DNA of 30,496 nt from an uncultured archaeon. Its GTDB lineage: Archaea; Altiarchaeota; Altiarchaeia; JAFGQM01. The number at the start of each line of letters is the position of its first letter. Within the stretch, counting starts at the first letter, position 1. Shown piece after piece: positions 17,259 through 23,550 of the stretch. The stretch is taken from positions 1 through 30,496 of the forward strand of contig CAZTIX010000001.1 in assembly GCA_964613935.1 (NCBI GenBank), read 5' to 3'. The position numbers were made by a program, and so were the translations under genes. The notes beneath the pieces are model-generated. The model was not told the origin of the DNA, did no database searches, and saw nothing but the letters and a program-made list of their open reading frames with translations.

Positions 17259-18595
17259 AGCCCCGACCCAACATCCTCTGGATAGTCATGGACGCGGCCA
17301 GGGCGGACCACCTCTCCTGCATGGGCCATTCCAGGAAAACCACGCCCAACGTCGACGCCTTGGCCGAGGAGGGCCTGCTCTTCGAGAACGCCTTCTCCAC
17401 CTCCGACTGGACTCCACCGAGCCACGCCTCCATGCTCACCGGCAAGCTGCCCTGCCGCCACGGCGTCTACGACAAGACGCGCTTCGACCAAATAAGAGAC
17501 AAGACCGTCGGCGAGCGCCTGCCTCCCGAGTACGAGAGCCTGTTCATCGACTCGATGCCACATCTCAGGGGCATCGGAGCCGACCGGGGCTTCAAGAAGA
17601 GGGTGTCCACGACCCTTGACGCGTCTCCCGGACAGCCCCTCTACTGGCAATCGCTCATGAGGGAAGTCCTGGGATTGGACAGTTGGGAGACCTTCTACAA
17701 AGCGGAGACCATAAAATCGTTCGCAGGCGGCGCGCTATCCAGGAAAAAGCCGTTCTTCGTGTTCGCGAACTTCGATGATGCCCACTTCCCCTACGACCCT
17801 CCAAGGAGGTTCGAGAGATTCACAGCCCCGGGCATGGATGGCGATGCGATGAGTAAACTGGCCGGCCGCAAAAGCCTTCTGCGAAATGTAGCTGAGAAGG
17901 TGACCGGCAGGCGAAAATCCGGCCTCCGGCAGACGCTCAGTCGAAAGAGCAAAGATCTCACATCAAAGGAAAAAGAGATTCTAAAGGCCCTCTATGACAG
18001 CGAGCTGCTTTATCTGGACAATGCGATCGGCAAGCTTGTCAATTTCTTGAAATCCAGAGGAATCTACGACAGCACGCTAATCATAATAACCTCGGACCAC
18101 GGAGAGCTCTTCGGCGAGCACGGCAGGGTAATGCACGGCCGGGGGAAGAGCCACAGCCTCTACTCCGCGGTTACGCGCGTGCCCTTGGTTATGAGAGGGC
18201 CGGGAGTCCCACGCAAGAGGGTCGCGGCTATGGTCTCTCTGGCCGACCTCGCCCCGACCGTCTGCTCGCTCCTGGGAATCGGATGCGGGAAGAGGCTTGA
18301 CGGAGTCCCGCTGGTCCCCCCTCGCCGCGAGTATCATGAGCATGTCGTCTCCGAGGCGGAGGGCGTGAAGAGCATAAGGACGAAGACCCGCCACCTCATC
18401 CGGTCGGAGGAGGGGGTTGAGCTCTACGACGTCCCGAAGGACCCCGAAGAGAGGAAAGACATATCGAAGACCGAGAAGAGGACTGCGAAGTCGCTTCTCG
18501 CCCACCTCTCGAAAAAAACCAAGCTCGGCCCCCGCCAGTCGCTGAGAAGCAAGATAACCCGCCTGAAGAAGTCGGGTCGCCCGGGCGGCTCCTGA
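17255..18595 (+). CDS. Sulfatase-like hydrolase/transferase (AP superfamily) lacking the formylglycine motif, 446 aa
   Basis: PNILWIVMDAARADH, TPNVD, WTPPSHASMLTG (Thr in place of C/SxPxR), DAHFPY, LYDSELLYLD, TSDHGE, VPLVM and ELYD. Confidence 0.9.
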   Translation: MKPRPNILWIVMDAARADHLSCMGHSRKTTPNVDALAEEGLLFENAFSTSDWTPPSHASMLTGKLPCRHGVYDKTRFDQIRDKTVGERLPPEYESLFIDSMPHLRGIGADRGFKKRVSTTLDASPGQPLYWQSLMREVLGLDSWETFYKAETIKSFAGGALSRKKPFFVFANFDDAHFPYDPPRRFERFTAPGMDGDAMSKLAGRKSLLRNVAEKVTGRRKSGLRQTLSRKSKDLTSKEKEILKALYDSELLYLDNAIGKLVNFLKSRGIYDSTLIIITSDHGELFGEHGRVMHGRGKSHSLYSAVTRVPLVMRGPGVPRKRVAAMVSLADLAPTVCSLLGIGCGKRLDGVPLVPPRREYHEHVVSEAEGVKSIRTKTRHLIRSEEGVELYDVPKDPEERKDISKTEKRTAKSLLAHLSKKTKLGPRQSLRSKITRLKKSGRPGGS

Positions 18596-18597
18596 GT

Positions 18598-18606
18598 GCT
18601 TTTTAT
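18598..18606 (+). promoter_or_regulatory. Putative internal TATA box (GCTTTTTAT) for the first RHH-LGY gene
   Basis: The AT-rich element starts about 38 nt before the ATG at 18638. The same 9-mer occurs at 22391-22399 upstream of the second RHH gene. It could also terminate the upstream gene. Confidence 0.35.
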
Positions 18607-18637
18607 TTTGCGCGCATGTAATTCCAAACCAGTCAAA

Positions 18638-18835
18638 ATGGCGGAAATAAATCTCGATTTGCCGGAAGACCTCCTCAAGAAGCTGGAGAAGAGCGCCAAG
18701 GATGCCGACTTCGATTCGGTCGAAGCCTACCTAAAGTACGTTCTGGAAGAGCTCGTGTCCGACGAAGCGGAAGTCAGCGAGGAGGACGAGAAGAAAATAA
18801 AGGAGCGCCTTGCGGACCTGGGCTACATGGACTGA
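18638..18835 (+). CDS. Small acidic ribbon-helix-helix (CopG-like) protein with a C-terminal ERLADLGYMD tail, 65 aa
   Basis: MAEINLDLPEDLLKKLEKSAKDADFDSVEAYLKYVLEELV has a strand-helix-turn-helix pattern and is a clear paralogue of 22483-22698. Start is AAA-ATG at 18638. Confidence 0.8.
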   Translation: MAEINLDLPEDLLKKLEKSAKDADFDSVEAYLKYVLEELVSDEAEVSEEDEKKIKERLADLGYMD

Positions 18836-18841
18836 TTGGCC

Positions 18842-19777
18842 ATGCCCAGTGAAGTCCCTTACTTAGTCGAAGGCGCTGAGAGGAAGTTAGCCGGAGAGGA
18901 CTGGGACGTTCTCATAATCCTAGATGCCTGCAGGTACGACTTCTTCAAACGCCTCTATTCAGAACACATAGGCGCAGAGCTCGGAAGGGCCGTCTCTCCA
19001 GCCACGTGCACCATGGAGTGGCTCAGCAAGGTTTTTCCCGGCCAGTACAAAGACACGGTTTACATATCCGCCAATCCCTACATAAACTCCAAGAAGGCCA
19101 GCAGAGACCGTCGCGGACACGTATATGACGGAAAGAAGCACTTCTTCAAGGTCATCGACTCCTGGCTGACCGGGTGGGACGATGCCATAAAGTCAGTGCC
19201 CCCGGAGAGGGTCACCGCCGCCTTCAGGAAGGCCCGTTTGAAATATCCCAAAAAGCGGATTGTCCTCCACTACATCCAGCCCCATTTCCCCTACATAGGC
19301 GAGTCCCATAGGCGCTATCTCGCAGGAGTCTCAAAAGAATCCATCCAACATCATTCCCTGCCTCCGAAAACATCGGAGAGGAGGAATACATCTAAAAAGG
19401 ACTTGCTTGCACCACTCAAGAAGCGCGCAATCAGCCTCATATTCCGATTCTTCGGCACAGCCGGCGTCTGGAGGACAGTGACCTTCCTCCACCCGAACCG
19501 CCGCGTCTCGCAGCAAGTCAAGATATACCTGAGCGAGGGCTGGGAGGGAATCAGAAAGGCTTACGAGGAGAACCTCAGAATCGTCCTGAAAGAGGCGTTC
19601 CGGGTTGCGAGCAGGAACGACCTCAACATCCTGATAACCTCCGACCACGGCGAGCTTTTGGGCGAGCACGGGTTGTTCGGGCATCGAGTTAACTCGCGAA
19701 AGCGAGAGAACACGGAGGTTCCCTGGCTTGTTATGAGAAAAGGCCCTCATGAAGAAAGCAGCAGGGCTGGCGATTAA
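18842..19777 (+). CDS. AP-superfamily (sulfatase-like) protein of the type found in archaeal glycosylation clusters
   Basis: LIILDACRYD, SPATCTMEW, SANP, HYIQPHFPY, ITSDHGELLGEHGLFGH and VPW. The start is placed at ATG 18842 (the track uses TTG 18836). Confidence 0.85.
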   Translation: MPSEVPYLVEGAERKLAGEDWDVLIILDACRYDFFKRLYSEHIGAELGRAVSPATCTMEWLSKVFPGQYKDTVYISANPYINSKKASRDRRGHVYDGKKHFFKVIDSWLTGWDDAIKSVPPERVTAAFRKARLKYPKKRIVLHYIQPHFPYIGESHRRYLAGVSKESIQHHSLPPKTSERRNTSKKDLLAPLKKRAISLIFRFFGTAGVWRTVTFLHPNRRVSQQVKIYLSEGWEGIRKAYEENLRIVLKEAFRVASRNDLNILITSDHGELLGEHGLFGHRVNSRKRENTEVPWLVMRKGPHEESSRAGD

Positions 19778-19794
19778 TTCCAGAACCCAAAGTC

Positions 19795-22230
19795 TCACGA
19801 GAGGGCTTCAAACACTTCGCGGTTGCTTATTTTTTTAACCCCGGATTCTATCTTCTGCGATTCATCCTCAAAGTTCTTGACAAGCGAATCGACCCGCCTG
19901 CGCAGGTCTGCTTTCCTGAAAGTCCCCTCCCCCTTTATCAAATAGTGCTCTTGCCCAAATCGCCCGAGGAGTTCCCCGTACTTTTCAGCCCAGCTGATGC
20001 TCAGCGCAGGCACTCCCTTGTTGTATGCGTGCACGATGCCGTGATATCTTGAGCTTACTATGAAATCCATTTGCCCCAAAATGAATTCCAAATCAATTGC
20101 TTCAATCTCCTGGGGAAAGTATTTTACCCCCGCGTCATCCTGATAAGCATGGGCCAGTTTTTCACAGAGCCACTTGTCCATTTCAGAGTATCTCAGAATC
20201 ATCACATTTTTTCCCAATCCCCGGACCCGATCTATTATCTGACGATATGCCTCAAGCAGGCTAGCCTCGCTCTTCTTGGACAGAACCCTGCTGTTCGGCA
20301 CCAGCGCCACAGACCCCTTCGCAACCCTTGCCTTCCCCTCCTCGGACGGCGATTTGTAGATGTTCCGCAGCTCGTATTTGCGCCTTCCCAAAACCAAGTC
20401 CGGTTTTTTCTCTACGTTTTTCCTTGTGAAAAACGCTAGGTCTTTCCGTCCTTGCTCCTCCCTCACGAATATTTTCCTAGGATATCTCAAATAGAGGAGC
20501 ATCAGGGGGTAAAGCAGCACTTTGTTAAGAATTCCATATTCAAAAGGCCCTATAGACTGCGGCAGGATGTAATAAGGCACGGAATATTTCTTAGCTAGCA
20601 TAATGTTCAACATGTATTTCAGGGAACCCCCGATGCCCGTCTGGGACGACAGGGCGAAGCCGCTTATGTCGACTATGAATCTCGCTCTCTTGACAGTCTC
20701 CTCGATTCTCTTCAATCCTGCCGGCCCTGTTTGACCTCCCAAAAGCCTAATCTGCGAATCAAAACTCCAAGGGACTGCTTCAAACGCGTATGCCCCCTTG
20801 TTCTTCCTCTTTGCAGCCCTGCTTGAGAACACATAAATCTTCGACTTCGGAAAGCGACGCTTCAGCTCGTCCACAGCAGTGAAAAGCATCGATTGAGACC
20901 CTTTGTTGGAGGGTTGAGCCCCCAGGATTACAATGTTCTCCCCCCCTTTTTGCCCCCTGCCTCTTTTCAATCCGTCCAAAAGTATTCTCAAGAAAAGAAT
21001 GCACAACTTTGCCATAATCTCAAAGGCCTTCTTTGCCTTCCTGCGAATGTCGGAAAGAAATAGCGACCTTGCAATCTTGCGATAGCGCCTCCCCCTTCCC
21101 ATCGAGATTTTGTTCCTGCGCTCCGACAGCTTCTTTTTCGCTTGTTTGACCCCTTCCGGGGCCGGTCGGCCGCTGATTTCGGCCTCCAAAATCCTCAGGC
21201 ATTCCCAGTTGAACCTCTTCTTTTTCATGCCCTGGGATTCCTGGATATCCCCTATGGAGCATTCCTCTGTCTCAAAGCAACTTTTGTGCTTTTGAAAGTA
21301 GCGCCTCCCCTTTTTGCTCCTTATGATGACGCTGGAGTCTCCGTTTCGGGAGGACTTCAGCGGAACATAGCAGTCGCCGAGGGATATGTCGGCTGAAGCG
21401 TTCAGCTTGTCCAGGCAGAACAGGCACCTTTCTAGCTGGAAGTAGTTCTTTAGCCGCATGCGCTCATTTCGCTCCACTATGAGCTCTCTCCCCGAATCAA
21501 ACACCAGCCTTACGTCTCCAGGCCACCCATTTTTCTTGTAGCGGTAGTCAAAAGACACGAGGCGTTCGTCATCCCGGCCGTATTTCTTCCTAAAGAAATC
21601 CACAAGGTTGAAATTCAGGGTTTTGTCACAGAAGAGCCCCAGGAAAAGGACTTTTTTGTCAGGAAGCCCCCCCCGCTCCATATATTTTTTGATTCCCGCT
21701 ATCTGGCAGGGAGTGCCGACTATCACACAATTCGGAGTTTCTGATTCCTTCATGTACTCTATTATCTCACTCATCGACGCCGGCAAATATTTGGATTTGG
21801 CAGCACTTCTCACTTTTGGGGGATCCCTCACCTCTTTTAATCTGGCAGGCCCCTCCTCAGAAGCGTCAAAGTCCAGAAGGAAGGCCCGTTCGAAATCCCC
21901 GCTTTCCAAAAGCCTCTCAACTAGCTTGCTGGCAATCCCGCCGCTGGTCGAAGCCATCCGACCCTCCAATTCCTTATCATGAGCTATATAACAGCCCATA
22001 TGATTTCCCGCCAGTAGGCTCTCATCAAAACTCTCGGGAACACAATCGACGTTCCATCCAGGGCACAGATTCAGGCAGAGACCGCAGTTGGTGCAGGCCT
22101 CCTCATCAACGCGCGGAAGGAACTGCCCGCCTTTAAACTCCATCGAAACTGCGCCGGCAGGACAGACGGCAGAGCACATGCCGCAGGATGTGCACAAATT
22201 GCGCTCCCTCGTCTTAAGAACATTGTCCAT
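19795..22230 (-). CDS. Fusion of a 2x[4Fe-4S] ferredoxin, an F420-hydrogenase beta subunit (FrhB/FdhB)-like domain and a polysaccharide pyruvyltransferase-like domain, 811 aa
   Basis: CTSCGMCSAVCP, CTNCGLCLNLCP, STSGG, SKY, VGTPCQI, GLFC, GWPG, CLFCLD and DISLGD, followed from about aa 432 by NKG, DISGFA, PQSIGPF, VRE, PDLV and SSRYHGIVHAYNKGVP. Confidence 0.85.
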   Translation of the reverse strand: MDNVLKTRERNLCTSCGMCSAVCPAGAVSMEFKGGQFLPRVDEEACTNCGLCLNLCPGWNVDCVPESFDESLLAGNHMGCYIAHDKELEGRMASTSGGIASKLVERLLESGDFERAFLLDFDASEEGPARLKEVRDPPKVRSAAKSKYLPASMSEIIEYMKESETPNCVIVGTPCQIAGIKKYMERGGLPDKKVLFLGLFCDKTLNFNLVDFFRKKYGRDDERLVSFDYRYKKNGWPGDVRLVFDSGRELIVERNERMRLKNYFQLERCLFCLDKLNASADISLGDCYVPLKSSRNGDSSVIIRSKKGRRYFQKHKSCFETEECSIGDIQESQGMKKKRFNWECLRILEAEISGRPAPEGVKQAKKKLSERRNKISMGRGRRYRKIARSLFLSDIRRKAKKAFEIMAKLCILFLRILLDGLKRGRGQKGGENIVILGAQPSNKGSQSMLFTAVDELKRRFPKSKIYVFSSRAAKRKNKGAYAFEAVPWSFDSQIRLLGGQTGPAGLKRIEETVKRARFIVDISGFALSSQTGIGGSLKYMLNIMLAKKYSVPYYILPQSIGPFEYGILNKVLLYPLMLLYLRYPRKIFVREEQGRKDLAFFTRKNVEKKPDLVLGRRKYELRNIYKSPSEEGKARVAKGSVALVPNSRVLSKKSEASLLEAYRQIIDRVRGLGKNVMILRYSEMDKWLCEKLAHAYQDDAGVKYFPQEIEAIDLEFILGQMDFIVSSRYHGIVHAYNKGVPALSISWAEKYGELLGRFGQEHYLIKGEGTFRKADLRRRVDSLVKNFEDESQKIESGVKKISNREVFEALS

Positions 22231-22419
22231 TTATTTCCGACTTTTAATATCTCTGATGCCGAACATCTCCGATGCTTTAACAGAGCCGAATCTTGCGCTT
22301 GCAAGCGTCTCTTGCCCCTCAAAAAGGCAAGTGCAGTATATTCAATAGCCAATGTAAAAAACAGGGCGCTTCGGCCCCAAACCCAAAAGCGCTTTTTATG
22401 CGCCCAATCAAAGGCGGCC

Positions 22420-22427
22420 TTTTTATA
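22420..22427 (+). promoter_or_regulatory. Putative TATA box (TTTTTATA) for the RHH-cysD-cysN operon
   Basis: Good archaeal TATA match in the 252-nt divergent intergenic region. A second TTTTTAT lies at 22393-22399. Confidence 0.45.
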
Positions 22428-22443
22428 GGCTCTATCCGAATAT

Positions 22444-22472
22444 ACACTCCAATAACACTCCAAATAGAGTGT
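22444..22472. repeat. ACACTC triple repeat (two direct, one inverted), candidate operator
   Basis: ACACTC at 22444-22449 and 22455-22460 (11-nt period; ACACTCCAA is repeated) and GAGTGT at 22467-22472, ending 10 nt before the RHH ATG. Confidence 0.6.
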
Positions 22473-22482
22473 CACGGCGAGA

Positions 22483-22698
22483 ATGACTGAAAAAGTCACC
22501 CTGAAAATTCCAAAGAACCTCTACAGGAAACTCAAGAGGCGGATAAGCGGCACTGGATTCAGCTCCGTCACGGAATTCGTTGTTTTTGTGATGAGGTCGG
22601 TTGCCTCCGCCCAGGCGGTTGAAGGCAGAGAGGACCTGACCGAAGAGGAAATAAGTCTGGTGCGAGAGAGGCTCAGACGCCTCGGCTACCTTGATTAA
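22483..22698 (+). CDS. Ribbon-helix-helix (CopG-family) protein with a C-terminal ERLRRLGYLD tail, 71 aa
   Basis: Strand KVTLKIP, helix KNLYRKLKRRI, turn GTGFSS and helix VTEFVVFVMR, then an acidic EEE linker and the LxxLGY tail. Confidence 0.85.
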   Translation: MTEKVTLKIPKNLYRKLKRRISGTGFSSVTEFVVFVMRSVASAQAVEGREDLTEEEISLVRERLRRLGYLD

Positions 22699-22742
22699 GA
22701 TTGACCCAAATGGAACCTGAGCTAGGGAAGCACTGCGTGGGC

Positions 22743-23540
22743 ATGAGCCATCTGGATGAGCTGGAGAGCAAGAGCGTCTTCATAATCCGGGAGGCCTACA
22801 AGCAGTTCAAGAACATAGCGATGCTGTGGTCCATCGGAAAGGATTCCAGCTGCCTCCTCTGGCTAGTCAGAAAGGCCTTCTACGGCCGCATACCCTTTCC
22901 TGTCATACACATAGACACCGGCTACCAGATACCCAAGATGATAGAATGGCGCGACAAGTACGCCAAGAAGTGGAACCTCAACCTGATAATCTCCCAGAAC
23001 AAGGAGGCCCTGGAGCGAGGCATGAACAACAAGAGCAAGCTGGCCTGCTGCACGGCTCTCAAGACCGACGCCCTGAAGCAGACGTTGGACGAGCACAAAT
23101 TTAGAGCTCTGCTGCTGGGAATCCGAAGGGACGAGCACGGTGTTAGGGCGAAGGAGAGGGTCTTCTCCCCCCGCAATCAGGACTTCAAGTGGGACTACAA
23201 GAACCAACCCCCCGAGCTCTGGGACCAGTACAAGGCCAAGGCCGAGGAGAAGGAGCACATCAGGGTCCACCCCCTCCTGCACTGGACCGAGGTCGACGTC
23301 TGGGAGTACATAAAGCGTGAGAGCATACCCCTCATACCCCTTTACTTCGCCAAGGACGGGAAGCGCTACCGGAGCCTGGGATGCGAGTGTTGCTGCGCCC
23401 CGGTGGACTCGGACGCAGACACAATCGACAAGGTCATAGGCGAGCTGAAGATGACTCGCCAGGGCGAGAGGGACGGCCGGGCCCAGGACAAGGAGGAGGC
23501 GAACGCAATGCAGAAGCTGAGGGCACTGGGCTACATGTGA
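22743..23540 (+). CDS. cysD: Sulfate adenylyltransferase subunit 2 (ATP sulfurylase small subunit)
   Basis: LDELESKSVFIIREA, PP-loop WSIGKDS, HIDTG, GIRRDE...RAKER, RVHPLLHWTE, RYRSLGC, ERDGRAQD and terminal LRALGYM. The start may instead be ATG 22710. Confidence 0.95.
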   Translation: MSHLDELESKSVFIIREAYKQFKNIAMLWSIGKDSSCLLWLVRKAFYGRIPFPVIHIDTGYQIPKMIEWRDKYAKKWNLNLIISQNKEALERGMNNKSKLACCTALKTDALKQTLDEHKFRALLLGIRRDEHGVRAKERVFSPRNQDFKWDYKNQPPELWDQYKAKAEEKEHIRVHPLLHWTEVDVWEYIKRESIPLIPLYFAKDGKRYRSLGCECCCAPVDSDADTIDKVIGELKMTRQGERDGRAQDKEEANAMQKLRALGYM

Positions 23541-23550
23541 CAAGCTAAAA

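Noticed and set aside
20940-21674. C7 (20940-20946, at the domain junction) and C8 (21667-21674) tracts in the FrhB fusion as phase-variation sites
   Set aside because: The tracts are short and encode Gly-Gly. C7 runs also occur in conserved motifs of rli (SGG) and uxs (TGGAG). There is no canonical X XXY YYZ slippery site and no frameshift in the sequence.
19795-22230. Evidence of methanogenesis or F420-hydrogenase metabolism
   Set aside because: Only an FrhB-like domain is present, fused to a glycan enzyme. No frhA, frhG or maturation genes are present.
828-22374. CGCTTCGG in two divergent intergenic regions (828-835 and 22367-22374), resembling cUUCGg hairpins
   Set aside because: The stems are only 2-4 bp or mismatched, and an 8-mer repeat is expected by chance in 30 kb of GC-rich DNA.
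22231-22482. tRNA, ncRNA or small ORFs (22071-22499, 22088-22348, 22293-22490) in the long intergenic gap
   Set aside because: There is no cloverleaf, no C/D box pair I can support and no stable long hairpin. The ORFs have non-ATG or overlapping starts and no motifs. Divergent promoters explain the region.
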